A stretch of DNA of 51,601 bases from Scenedesmus sp. PABB004 (lineage: Eukaryota): contig JABVCE010000004.1 in NCBI GenBank assembly GCA_014905635.1, forward strand, positions 1,736,001 through 1,787,601, given 5' to 3'. Under the pieces are notes generated by a model. It ran no database searches and was not told where the DNA came from. It was given only the letters and a program-made list of their open reading frames with translations. Shown in pieces: positions 1 through 11,954 of this stretch; positions within the stretch are counted from its first letter, which is position 1; every line of letters starts with the position of its first letter. A program made the position numbers and the translations under genes.

Positions 1-513
1 CTCCGGGTCGCCGAGCAGCGTCTCCGCGAAGCGCGCGAGGTCGAGCTCCGGGATGAGCGGCCGCGGCGCGGGCGGCGCCGACGCGGGCCGGCGCCGCGCC
101 GCCGGCGCGGGGGCGGCCGGGGCGGCCGGGGTCGCCGCGGCGGGCGCCGCGCCCTGCGGCGCCGCGCCTGCGACTGCCGCCGGCGTCGGCGCAGGCGGCG
201 CGGCCGGCGCGGCGGGCGCGGGCGCGAGCACCGCCTCGGGCGCCTCCAGCTCCGCGACTGCGGCGGCGGCAGCGGCGGCCACACGCGGGCGCGCGCGCGC
301 ATGAGCGGCCGCCGCGGCGCTGCGCGGCGCCCCAGGGCTGTGTCCGGGGCCGGGGCAGCCGCCGGCGGCGCGCGCACCTCGCCGCGCGAGCCGCGCGCCG
401 CGCCGCGGCGCGCGGCGCTGCTCGTGGCTCGCGCGGGCCGGCGCCGCCGCGACGGCGGCGCCGCCAAGGGCCGCGCGTCCGGGCGCGAGCCGGCCGCTCT
501 GTTGAGCCAGCAT
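1..513 (-). CDS. 5' part of an unknown protein (continues beyond window start); N-terminus resembles an organellar transit peptide
   Basis: ATG at 513 reads MLAQQSGRLAPGRAALGGAAVAAAPARASHEQRR and is in frame with a protein-like segment at the window edge (PLIPELDLARFAETLLGDPE, 60..1). No stop seen in the parts checked; a small internal intron cannot be excluded. Family not recognised. Confidence 0.55.
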   Translation of the reverse strand, partial: MLAQQSGRLAPGRAALGGAAVAAAPARASHEQRRAPRRGARLARRGARAAGGCPGPGHSPGAPRSAAAAAHARARPRVAAAAAAAVAELEAPEAVLAPAPAAPAAPPAPTPAAVAGAAPQGAAPAAATPAAPAAPAPAARRRPASAPPAPRPLIPELDLARFAETLLGDPE

Positions 514-1056
514 GGCTGGCTGGCGGGCTGGCGCGCGCGCGTGCGGGCTGCTCCGCTGCTGCGGAGCGCGCAAAGTGTGGGTGCGGCGGTTGCGCCAACC
601 GCGTCGAGCACCGCGTTGAAGGAGAGCCGGCGCGGCGAGTGAGCGTGGGCAGAGCGGCGAGGCGCGCTCGGGCTGAGCGGTTTTCCCTGCGCCCGCGCTG
701 CGCCTGCCCCGCGCCGCGGTCGCTGATCAATCCCGGAGGCGCGCAGAGGAGAGGCACTGGCGTCGCAATCCGCCTCCGCGCCCGCGCTGCCATTCGAGGC
801 GCCCCTCACCAACCTCGCCGCCTGGGCCCCCGCGCGCCCCCGGCGCCTCGGGCGCGGTGCCCTGAGCGCTGAGACGCCGGCGCAGCCGCTGCGGGGCTGC
901 CGGCGCGGCGTGGGGGGCGCCGGCGCGTGCTGCTCTTGAGAGCATGGCCTCGCGCCCTCCCGAGGGGTGGGCGCCGTCCTGAGGAGGAGCCTGAGAAGGC
1001 CCCCCGGCGCCCGCACGGGCCCGGCAGGCAGCCCGGCCGCGCCGCAGCGGCAGGCG

Positions 1057-4000
1057 ATGGAGGCGCCCACCGCCAACGGCGGGCCCGAGCCCCCCGGCCC
1101 GCCCCCGCCGCCCCCGGAGGACGAGCCGGAGGAGCAGGAGGTCCGGGCCGTGGAGACCGACCCGTCGCGGCGCTACACGCGGGTGCGCCGCGTGCCGGCA
1201 CGGCGCCGCCGGCAGCAGCGAGCGGCAGCCGGGGGCAGGCGCGCGGCGCGGGCGGCGCCGGCCGGCCCGCGGCAGGCGCCCTGCCGCGCCAGCGGCAGTA
1301 GCGCGCGTTGCCTGCGGGCGGCGCGCGGGGGCCGGCCCGCCCGCGCGGCGCGCAGCGCGCCGACGCCGCCACCGCGCCGCGCGCCGCGCGCCGCCGCCAC
1401 CGCGCGCGCAGTACGACACCGTGCTCGGGCGCGGCGCGTTCAAGACGGTGTTCAAGGCCTTTGACGAGGCGGAGGGCATCGAGGTCGCGTGGAACCAGGT
1501 GAAGGTCAACGACCTCGCCAACTCGCCGGCGGAGCGGGAGCGGCTGTTTGCCGAGATCCGCGTGCTCAAGCAGCTGAAGCACAAGAACATCATGAGCTTC
1601 TACGACTCCTGGCTCGACCAGAAGAACCTCACCGTCAACTTCATCACCGAGCTCTTCACGTCCGGCACGCTGCGCCAGTGAGCGGCCCCCGCGGCGGGCG
1701 CGGCGGGCGCGAGGGCGGGAGGGACGGCGGGCGAGAGGAGAGGGAGCCGGCAGCAGCAGGCGCCGCCCAGCCCCAAGCGCGCGGGCGGCTGACGCGGCGG
1801 TGCGGCCGCCGCGCGCGCAGGTACCGCAAGAAGCACAAGATGATTGACGAGCAGGTCCTCAAGCGCTGGGCGTGGCAGATCCTGCAGGGCCTCGTCTACC
1901 TGCACGCGCACGAGCCCGCCATCATACACCGCGACCTCAAGTGCGCACCCGCCCGCACCCGCAACCCGCGCCCGCGTCGGCCGGGGCGGGGCTGGCCCAC
2001 CGGGGCGCGCGCGGGGCAGCGCGGCCGCGCTGCCGCGCCGGCGCTGCCGGCTGCTGACGCCGCGCGGCCCGTGCGCGTGCGGCGCGCGTGTCTCAAGGTG
2101 CGACAACATCTTTGTCAACGGCACCAGCGGCGTCATCAAGATCGGCGACCTCGGCCTCGCCACGCTCTGGCGCGGCCTCACGACGCCGCAGAGCGTGCTC
2201 GGCACGCCCGAGGTGCGCGGCTGCGCCGCTCGGCCGCGCCGCGCCGCCGCCGGACCGCGCCGCGCCCGCGCGCTCACGCGCGCTAGCTGCGCGCCGCGCC
2301 CCCCTCTGCCTCAGTTCATGGCGCCCGAGCTGTACGAGGAGAAGTACGACGAGAAGGTCGACGTGTACAGGCGCGCGCGCCACGTCACAGCACGCGCAGC
2401 ACAGCACGCGCCGCGCGCTCGGCGGCGCCCGTCCCGCGCTGCGCCCTCACCCCCCGCGCGCGCGCGCGTGCCGTGGCGCTGCAGCTTTGGGATGTGCATG
2501 CTGGAGCTCGCGACCATGGAGTACCCCTACTGCGAGTGCCGCAACGCGGCGCAGATCTACAAGAAGGTCACCCAGGGCATCTACCCCGCTGGGCTGGAGA
2601 AGGTGAAGAGCACGGAGCTGCAGGAGTTCATCACGCTCTGCATCGCGCACAACCCCGCGGAGCGCCCCGACACGCGGCAGCTGCTGAAGCACCCCTTCTT
2701 CGAGAGCATCCGCACCGGCAAGGTCCAGGTCGAGCGCGGCGGCGGCGCGCTGCTCGACCGCCCGAGCGAGGAGCACCAGGTGCGGCGCGCTGCCCTCGTG
2801 CGCGTGTCGGGGGCAGGGCGGCGGCCGCGGGCGCGCGGCGCGGCCGCCAGCGGCCGCCGACGGCCACCGACGGCCGCCCGCCCGCCCGCGCCCGCCGCCG
2901 CGCCGACCAGGCGTCGCACACGCCGTCGAGCTCTAGCGACGCGGGCGGCGACGAGACGCCGTCGCCCAAGAGCCACACGACGCAGCTGATCAACCTCAAG
3001 GAGATTGAGCAGCTCAGCGCGCAGGAGACGCTCGACGACGCCGGCGCACGCCAGCTCGCGGCGCAGCAGGCCGCGGCGCAGCAGCGCCTGCAGGCGGCAC
3101 ACATCACGGCGCTGCAGCAGCAGCTCGCGCGCGAGTCGCTCGACGCCGGCGGCGCCGGCGCCGGCGCCGCCGCTCCCGCCGGCGCCGGCGGCGCGCCGGC
3201 GTCGCTGTCGGACGGCGAGCTGCTGGCCGCGGGCCTCGGCACGCGGCTGCTCGGCAGCAGCGAGTACAGCGACCCGGGCGGCGGCGGCGAGGGCGGCGCG
3301 CTCGCGCTGCTGAGTGACGAGGAGCTCGGCGACGACCGCGACCTCAGCGTCGCGTGCCAGCAGGCGGAGGAGAACAAGCTGAGCTTCCAGCTCAAGTTCA
3401 CGGAGCCCGAGGGGCACTGCAAGACGGTGGAGTTTACGTTTGACATGGCCGAGGACACGGCCGAGTGCATCGCGCACGAGATGATGGAGGACCTCAGCCT
3501 CTCCGCCGACGAGGCGGCCTACATCGCAGACAAGATCAAGGAGGAGATCGGCCGCATGGGCACCGACTTTGTCGACGCCCTCTCCCTCGGCGCCCACGAC
3601 CACCACGCGGCGTCGCCGGGCGGCGGCGGCGGCGGCGCCGGCGGCGGCGCCGGCCCCGACGGCGCCGCGTCGCACGACAACAGCGTCAGCCGCTGCAGCG
3701 GCGGCGGCGAGCTCGACCCCGCGGTGCGCGAGGCGGTCGTCGCGCACGCGGCCGCGGCGGCGGTCACCGCGTTTGCGTCGGCCGCGGCGGCGGCCAACAG
3801 CAGCGGCGGCGGCGCGCCGCCGGCGCGGCTCAGCAGCCAGGGCAGCGCCGCGCCGGCGCGGAGCAAGTCGGGCGTCGCGAGCCCCCGCGACGCGAGCGGG
3901 CGGCCGCCGAGCTACCATGACCTCGCGCGCGCGATGCGGGAGTTCCACGAGCAGCAGCTCGCGGCAGAGGCGGAGGCCGCCGCGCGCGCGGCGGCTGCCG

Positions 4001-4287
4001 CCGCGGCCGCGGCCGCGGCGGCCGGCGGCGCCGGCGGCGCGCCCGACGGCGGCGGCGGCCTCGACCCGACGTGCAACCCGCTCGTCAGCGCGCTGGAGTC
4101 GCCGCCGCTGGAGGTGCGCCTGCCCAACGGCCACGCGCTCGACCCCGCCGTGCTGGCCAAGGTCGCGGCCACCGCCGCCACGGCGGCCGCGTCGGCGCTG
4201 AACGAGGTCATGCCCGGCCGCAGCGGCCAGTCCCCCGTCTGCACCGTCACGAGCTTCACGACCTGCGGCGACCCCGGCGGCGCCTGA
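1057..4287 (+). CDS. WNK: WNK (With No lysine K) serine/threonine kinase, 7 exons
   Basis: Exons 1057-1182, 1412-1677, 1821-1940, 2098-2212, 2315-2370, 2485-2779, 2911-4287. The spliced protein has [35 protein letters not shown] (no subdomain II Lys), [48 protein letters not shown] and DVYSFGMC. It also has the C-terminal WNK conserved segment [25 protein letters not shown]. Confidence 0.95.
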
Positions 4288-5995
4288 GGCGCCAGGCCGG
4301 CGGCGCCCGAGCGGCTGCCGGCAGCGGCCGGCGCCGCTCGGGCGCAGCGGCCTGGCCCGGCTGGTGGGTGGGTGTGTGCGTGTGTGCGTGTGTGTGTGTG
4401 TGGGGGGGGGGGGGTCGGTCCAGGGGGAGAGGGGCTGCGGCTGCTGCAGGCAGCAGCCGCGGCGGGGCCGGCGCGTCTGCGCCGTGGCGGGCGGGTGCGG
4501 CCCGGCGGCTCCATCGGCGGGCCGGGCACGCGCCGCGCGGGCGGGGGGCTGGGGGCGGGGGGGGCGCCCACCCTGGTTGTAGCGCAGGCGGCAGGGCCAG
4601 CAGCGGGTAGCAGCAGAGCGCCAGTGAGCCAGCTTGTCCCCTGCGTGGGCCTCTCGGCAGTGTGTTGTCGCGCCGTCGTGCGCCGGTCGTCTCTTTTTCC
4701 ACCTTGCTAGCCGCCGATCGCCGCGGCGGCGGCCGCCCGCCTGCCGGCGGGCCCCCTGGCGCGCCGCGCGTGCGCGCCGCCAGCAGCCTGCGGCGGGGGC
4801 GCGGCGGCCCCGTCTGTCTGTCTGTGCATTCCATTATTTGTGCGGCGCGCCGCGCGCGTCATGCGTCGGCGCGCGCTGCGCCCCCGCCGCCGCCCCTCCC
4901 TCCCGCCTGCCGGGCCCGCCTCGCGCAGCGCGGCGGCGGGGGCGGCCCGGGGCCGCGCGCGCGGCGCCGCCCCTCGAGGGCCCAGGCGCCGCGCGTGCCA
5001 TCAAGAAGAGAGCGCGGCGGGCCGCGCGCGCGGGGCCGGCCCCCAGCGCGCGCTGCCCGCCGACGCTGGCGCGTGGCTTCGGCGGCCGCGCGGCCCACCC
5101 ACGCGCCGCGGCTGCGGCCGCGCCGTCGGCCCCGGCCCTGCCCCGCGCGCCGTCATTGGCGGCGGGGCGGCCGGGCGCCTCGTGCGTGCGTGCGCGCCGG
5201 ATCGTTGGACTGCTGCACGCACGTGCGCTGCGCGGCGTATTTGTTCGCCTTGTTCGGGCATGCTCTCTCCCTCCCACCTTCGCGTGCGCCCGCGGCCGCC
5301 GATTGCGTCGCGGGCCGCGGGCCGCGGGCGCCGCCGCACCGTGTACAGCGAGCGAGCCGCGGCGTCGGTGATCTGATCTGATCGGCGGGGCGCCGGGCGG
5401 GTGCGCCAGCGTCCCGCGCGTAATCGGCGGCACCGAGCGCGCGCGGCACAAACTCGTGCAAACGTGACCGCGTGCACCCCGCGCACGACCGGGGCGCCGC
5501 CGCCCGCGCGCGAGCCTGGCGTCTCCCCACCACACGCGCCGCCGGCTCACACCAGCGGGGCCCCTGCACGCAGCGCGAGAGCTGCGACAGTCGTGCCTTC
5601 GCGGCGCGGAGCGCGGCACCTGCAGGCGGATCGAGCGGCCGTCGGGCAGCTCGGTGTGGCCCCCCTGCACCGCGTGGTGTGGCGCGCGGGAGCCGGGGCG
5701 CGCCCTGCAGTCCGCAGGGGGCGGCATTGCAGCTCGCCCTTGCCGTCCCGGCCGCTGGAGCGCCGGCCAGCTGCCGCACGCGCGTCCGGCCGCTCCAGTG
5801 CCGGATCAAACCTGGCTCCCGGCTCAGCAGGGCGCCGCCCGGCAGCCCCAGCGGCGGCAGCGGCGGCGGCAGCGGCGGCGCGTCCAGTTGGCCGCCGCCG
5901 CGCCGGCGGGGGCCCCGCCTGATCGCGCCGCCCGCCCGACCCCCGCTCCCCGCCCCTCCGCCGTCCCGCAGGCGGTCGCGCAGCGGGCGACGGCG

Positions 5996-7713
5996 ATGCT
6001 GAGCCGCCTGCACGGCGCGGCCGGCCGGCGCGCCGCCGGCGGCGCCGCGCCCGCCGGCGGGGCCGGCGGCCCGCGCCGGCCGCACCTGCCGCCGCCGCTG
6101 CGCGTGGCGCGGCCGCACCGCGCGGGCAGCAGCAGCAACGGCACCGCCTCGACCGGCGACGCCGGCAACGGCGACGCAAAGGCGGCAAAGGCATCCGCGG
6201 CGGCGGCGGGCGCCGGCGCGCGCCCCGCGGCCGCGGCGGAGCTGCCGGCGAGCCTCAACCTCGCGTTTGAGTCGATGGAGAAGACGTCAAAGGCGATCAA
6301 GACGACCGGCCTGCGCCGCGCGCCGCTCTCGGGCGGCGTGCGCAACGCGACGCAGCGCTTCGACCTGCCCTCGCCGTGCGTGGCGGTGCGCAACCTGGTG
6401 GAGCAGGCGCAGTTTGCGCACCTCTGCACCGTGATGAGCCACATGCACCACAGGCGCGCGCGGGGGCACGGGCGGGGGCCCACGGGCGCGCGCGGGCGCG
6501 CGCGGGGGCGCCGAGCGCCGGCGCCGCCGCGCCGCGCCGCCGCCCGCGTCGTCGCCGCCCCGACTCACGCGCGCGCGCGCGCGCCCTGGGCGCCGCCGGC
6601 TCCCCGCAGGCGCGCGGGGTACCCCTTTGGCACGCTCGTCGACTTTGCGGCCGACGGCGGCGGGCTGCCGATCTTCTGCCTCAGCCCGCTCGCCATCCAC
6701 GCGCGCAACCTCATCGAGGACCCGCGCTGCAGCCTCGTCGTGCAGATGCCCGGCTGGACGGGCCTCGCCAACGCGCGCGTGACGATCTTCGGCGACGTCT
6801 ACCAGCTGCCCCCAGACATGCAGGCGCGCGCACACGCCCCCGCGCCCGCGCCGCCCGCGCCCGCGCCCGCACACCGCGCCGCCGCCTCACTGCCGCCTCC
6901 CCGCCGCGCCGCGGCCCCGCGCGCCGCCGCCGCCGCCGCCGCCGCCACGCGCGCAGGACGCGGCGCGCGAGGTGTTTCTCGCGAAGCAGACGAGCGAGCG
7001 CAGTGAGAAGTGGGTGCTGGGGAACTTCATGTTCTTCCGCATGCACCGCATCACTGGTGCGCGCCGCCCCGCCCGGCCGGGGCAGGCGGGGGGCAGGCGG
7101 CGGCGGGATACCAGCGCGGCGCGCGCCCGCGGGGGCTGCTTGCTGCGCCGCGCCGCGCCGCGCCGCGCCGCGCCGCGCCGCCCGCCGACCCCTGCCGCCG
7201 CCCCCTTCCGCCCCCTCCTCGCGTGCTCAACGGCCAGACATCTACTTTGTGGGCGGCTTTGGCACGGTGCAGTGGATCGACGTCGGCGAGTACCTCACCT
7301 CCACGCCCGACGCCATCGCGACGCACCAGCCCATGCGCACGCTGCAGGCGCGCGCCCGCGCCGCCCGCGCCGCCGCGCCGCCGCGCCGCCGCGCCGCCGC
7401 GCCGCCGCGCCGCCGCGCCCCGCGCCGCCGCGGCGCGCGCGCCCACGCCCGCACCCGCCCACGCACGCCCACGCGCGCCCGCCCGCGTGTACGCGCGCAG
7501 GTCCTGAACGAGACGTTCAGCGCCGACCTGAAGCAGTACCTGTCGCCCCACTTCTCCCTGGACGACGCATCGTTCATCTCCATCGACGCCACCGGCGCCG
7601 ACGTGCGCGTGCGCCTGGGGCGCGACTTCAACGTCGAGCGCCTCGGCTTCGACGGCCGCGTCGGCACCGTGGACGAGGCCATCGCCGCGGTGCGCGCCGT
7701 GCTGCACGAGTGA
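5996..7713 (+). CDS. Pyridoxamine 5'-phosphate oxidase-like / FMN-binding split-barrel protein, probably plastid-targeted, 5 coding exons
   Basis: Exons 5996-6453, 6610-6823, 6957-7056, 7238-7347, 7501-7713. Motifs AVRNLVEQAQFAHLCTVMSHMHHRRAGYPFGTLVDF, SPLAIHARNL, DPRCSLVVQMPGW, DIYFVGGFGTVQWI and DDASFISIDATGADVRVR match the plant split-barrel family as recalled. The N-terminus is Arg/Ala/Pro-rich. An acceptor-like CCCGCAG at ~5971 suggests an upstream exon, so the start is uncertain. Confidence 0.9.
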
Positions 7714-7814
7714 GCGGGCCGCGGCGGCGCGGCGATCAGCGCGGCGCGGCGCGAGCGGCGGCGCGAGGGGCGGCGCGGGCCCCGGTTTTTGTGGCTGCTG
7801 GACTGCTAGCCGGG

Positions 7815-7819
7815 TGTAA
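7815..7819 (+). promoter_or_regulatory. TGTAA polyadenylation signal (chlorophyte type)
   Basis: TGTAA lies ~100 nt downstream of the stop at 7713 and is rare in this GC-rich background. Confidence 0.6.
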
Positions 7820-8274
7820 AGAGTCCTGATCGTCGCCTCTCGTTCATAGCCGACGGCCGCTGCCGCCGCCGCAAACCGCGCGCTCCCGTGCTGGTCTGGC
7901 CGCGCGCTGAGCGATCCGGCGTGACGTGCAGAGTGTCACCCGCCGGCGGCACAGCCGATCGCCTCGTTTACTCGTGTACACGACGCCGCGGCCTGCGGCC
8001 GCAGGGTAGTACTAGTGGCAGCTGCCGGGGGCGTCACCGCCCACGACGCAGCGCCCAACAGCAGACACGCATGCGCGCGCGCGGCGTTCAAAATCGCCGG
8101 GACGGACCCCCCCCCCCCCCTCACGCACGCTCGCTCGACGGGCTGGGTTCTGTGCTGGTCAAAAACCTGACCCACACTCTTCGATGCGCGCCCCCCACCC
8201 CCGCCGCTCCGCTGCTCCGCCGCTGCACGCCCGCTGCACGCCAGACCGCTCCTGCCTGCCTGCGGCCCCGCGCC

Positions 8275-10853
8275 TCACGCCGCGCTCGGCGCGGGCGGCG
8301 GCAGCCAGCAGCAGATGCTGGTGCCCGTCTCGAGCTGGCCGCTGATCGCGTTGATGAAGCTGGTCGGGTAGGCCACGCTCAGGCGGCCGCCGATGCCCGC
8401 GAGCACCGAGCCGGCAAAGTCCAGGCTCACGAGGCTCGCCGAGGGCTTCAGGCTCGCCCCGCCGCCGGCCTCGTCGCGCGGCGCAAAGGCCCGCGACGTC
8501 GTATGCAGCCTCCCGGGCTGCACCTGGCCCGTGTGCAGCAGCTGCACCTCCACGCCGCCGCCGCTCTGCCGCGCCGATACGCAGAGCTGCCCCCCGCGGG
8601 GGCAGCACTGCAGCGCGACGTCCACGACGTGCCCCAGCACGCGCCGCGCGGTCGCCGCCGCGACGCCCACGAGCAGCGGGCGCACGGGCGGCGGCCGCAG
8701 CGCGACCGCGCCGCCGCCGTCGCCCGGCGCGGCGCCGCGCTGCTGCGCGGGCGGCGCGCCGCCGGCGGCGTCGAGCTGCAGCGGGTGGGAGACCACGAGG
8801 TTGACGCCCTGGGCGCGCGCCATGGCCGCCGCGGCGGTCAGCAGGTGCTGCAGCGCCTCGATCACGTTGCAGCTGCCGGCCGCGCCGCCGCCGCCGCCCG
8901 GCGCCGTCGGCAGCGCCTGCTGCCGGCGCTCGCGCCGGCTGGGCGCAGCCGGCGCGGCGGCGCCGGGCCCGTCGTCGCTGCCGCCGCCGCCGTCGCCGTC
9001 GCTGCTGCCGCTGCTTGACAGGCTCCAGCTGGGCGCCAGCACGGTGGCAGCGCTGCCCGCGCTGCCCGCGCTGCTGGCGCTGGAGCCCGCGGGCTCCAGG
9101 TCGATGGTGCGCGTGGCGTCGACGTCGCTGCCCGCCGCGTAAAAGGCCGTGCACGTCGCGGGCGTGGCGGCGCCGGGGGCGTCCGCCTGCACGCCGCTCC
9201 ATCGCACGTCACGCCTGCCCTGCTCCAGGCGCGCCGCTGTGCCCTGGCCGGGGAGGTGCACGACCACCGCCTGCTGCTGCTGCTGGTCGCCGCCCGGCGC
9301 GCTGGCGGCGTCGCCGGCGCCGGCAGCGCTCCCATCGCCGGCGCTGCTGCTGCTGCTGCTGCCGCTGCTGCCGCTGCTGCCGCTGCTGCTGACGCCGCTG
9401 ACGCTGCTGCGCTCGGGCAGCCCGCGCCGCGCGCCGGGCGGCGGCGGCAGCGCGCGCCGGCCGTCGCCGCGGGCGTCCGCGGCGCCCTCACGCAGCTCGT
9501 CCGCCGCCTCGCCCGCCCACGCCGCGCCGCCGCCCGCCACGGGCAGCGCGAGCTGCTGCCGCGCGCCGCCGGGGCCCGCCGCGGGGCGCAGCGCCGCCTC
9601 CAGCGCCGCCACGACCTCGGCGAGGCGCTGGCCCTGCAGCACCATGCCCTCGGCCATGTCGGGCTCGGGCTGGCCCGCGAGCTCGGCGCGCAGGCGCGGC
9701 GTGAGCATCTGGCCAAACGTGCCCAGCACCTTGAGCGGCCCGCGCGCCTGCACCAGCAGCGAGCGCGCGAGCCGGTCGCGCGCCTCGAGCTGCGCGCCCG
9801 CGAGCGCCGCGCGCAGGTCCATCGCGCAGCCCTTGGCCAGCGCCGGCACCGCGGTGCGCAGGCACCACAGCGCGTCGTCGGGCAGTCCCGCCGCCGCGTC
9901 GTCGTCGTCGCCGCCGCGCCGCGCCGCCGCGACGGGCGCCGCCTCGACGACGAGCAGGCCCACCAGCACGCCCGCCTCGGACAGCGGCAGCACGAGCAGG
10001 TTGGAGTTGGGGAGCACCACCACCTCCTCCTGGCACAGCGAGCTCTCGGTGTCGGCGCCCTCCCACGCGGGGCGGTGCAGGGTGAGCAGGTCGTCCAGCT
10101 CGTCGTAGCTGCTGCCGCCGTCGCCCGCCCACGCCCCCGGCGGCGGCGCGGCCGCGGCGCCGCCGGCGCCGGGCGCGGCGCCGCCGGCGCCGGGCGCGGC
10201 GCCGCCGGCCGACGCGCGCGGCGGCCAGCACGCGACGCGCTGGAGCCGGATGTGCGGCGAGCCCAGCGACTCGGCGCGGCGCGCATAGACGCACGCGCGC
10301 ACGCTGGCCGCGCTCGCGAGGCGCGACAGCACGGCAAACATCGCCCGCAGCTGCGCGCGCGCGAGCTCCCGCAGGTCGTGGCTCGGCTCAAACGCCTCCT
10401 CGTCGTCGAAGGCGTCATACACGAGCGCCTCGCCCGCCATCACCTCGCCTGCGCGGCAGCGGCGGCGCGCGCGCGGCGTGTGGGCGCGGCGCGGCGGCGC
10501 GGCGGCGGCGCGCGCAGGCCGAGGTCGCAGCTGTCGGAGCCTGGTTGCTCAGCGCCGGCTGGATGCCATTGCGCCCTCCCCGCGCGCGGGGCCGACCGCA
10601 TCGCCACGCAAGCGCGCCCCGGCGCACCTGCAGCGCCCGCTGCCACGGCGGTGAGGCGACCGACCCGCTGACGCGCCTCGCCCAGCGCCACGAGGAGCCG
10701 TGGCGCCGCGCCTGCGCCGCTGGGGACCGGGCCAGCGCGCCCGCGCATCGAGCGCGCGGGCGCGCGCCGCGGCTGGTCGTCGGGCATCGCCGCGACGCCA
10801 TGGCCAGGGCGCCGCGCGCGGCCGCGCAGCGACTGCCCCGGCGCCAGCAGCAT
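8275..10853 (-). CDS. CSK: Chloroplast sensor kinase (CSK/Hik2)-like modified histidine kinase: GAF-like + DHp + HATPase-like
   Basis: Exons 10853-10628 (transit-peptide-like, start uncertain) and 10448-8275, joined by a phase-1 GT-AG intron. EPSHDLRELARAQL, VYARRAES..RLQRVACWP, LLVLPLSEAGVLVGLLVVE, LAKGCAMDLR, LLVQARGPLKVLGTFGQML, DMAEGMVLQGQRL, CNVIEAL and GTSICCWLP are collinear with plant CSK segments as recalled. Confidence 0.8.
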
Positions 10854-11274
10854 CGCGACCCCCGCGCGCAATCAGGCGCGCATGGGGCTGCCGCACGCCC
10901 GGCGCTGGTGCGCAGCGGCAAAGTGGTGGTGTGCAGCGCGCGGGCACGCGGCGAGCGCGTTCGTTCGGGTAAGGCCTCGAGTGTCATGCGCTGCGCCCTC
11001 GGCCGCGAGAGACGCCCTTGCCCCGCACCGCCGCCCGTCGCGCCTCACAGGCCCGTTGCCGCGCTCGAGCCGCGCGCGCGAGAGCCGGGCCCCGGCTGCG
11101 GCCAGCGCGCCCGCGGCCCCCGCGCTGGGGCCGCCTTTCTTGGGCTCCAGCTGCGCCAGGACTGCAGTACAGGTCACCCAGGCCGTGAGTGGCCGCGCAG
11201 CAGCCGCAGGCGCCCCTGCTTGTCCGGGGGGCCGCATGCCTTCACTGTCCTCTTGCCCCTGAGCCAGCGCCAGC

Positions 11275-11918
11275 ATGGCGCCCCCCACCGTCGTGCTGGG
11301 CGGCGCCACGCCGGGCGTGGGCATCACCACGCTCGCGGCGGGCGTGGCGGCGGCGCTGAGGTGCGCAGCGGAGTCGCGCGGCGCCCGCTGTTTGCACGCC
11401 GCGCCGCCTCCCGCGCCCCCGAGCCCCTCCCGCCGCTCGCCCCGCAGGTCCCAGGGCCTGCGAGTGGCCAGCTTCGCCGTGGGACCAGGTGCGGCGGCGC
11501 GCGGCGGCCGCGGCGCCCGCGGCGCCACGAGCGGGCGCGGTGCCGCTGCTCACGCGCGCCGCGCCGCGCCCCTTGCGCGCGCGCGCGCGCGCGCAGGCCT
11601 GCCGGCGCGGCCGCCCCGGACCAGCAGTGGCGGCGGGAGCGGCGACGGCGCGGAGCAGCAGCAGGCGGGCCTGGACGGCTGGCTGCTGGGCGAGGACGGC
11701 GCGCGCGCGGCGCTCGCGGCGCTCGGCGGCGCGTCCGACCTCGCGCTCGTGGAGGGCTGCCGCGGCGTGCTCGACGGCCCCGCGGGCGACGGCAGCGAGC
11801 GGGGGAGCACGGCGGCCGTCGCGGGCGCGCTGGGCGCGCCGCTGGTCCTGCTCGTCGACGGCGCCGCGTTCCCGACGCCCCGCGGCGTCGCGGCGCTGCT
11901 CAAGGGCTTCTGCGCCGC

Positions 11919-11954
<36 letters not shown>

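Noticed and set aside
4288..5950. Coding gene between WNK and the split-barrel gene
   Set aside because: Only low-complexity ORFs are present; the region is better explained as 3' UTR, promoter and 5' UTR.
6451..6616. 10-nt direct repeat CAGGCGCGCG at both ends of an intron (similar case at WNK intron 1941-2097), suggesting introner or TSD origin
   Set aside because: It is largely explained by splice-site consensus and GC bias; introns in the window share no extended similarity or terminal inverted repeats that I could see.
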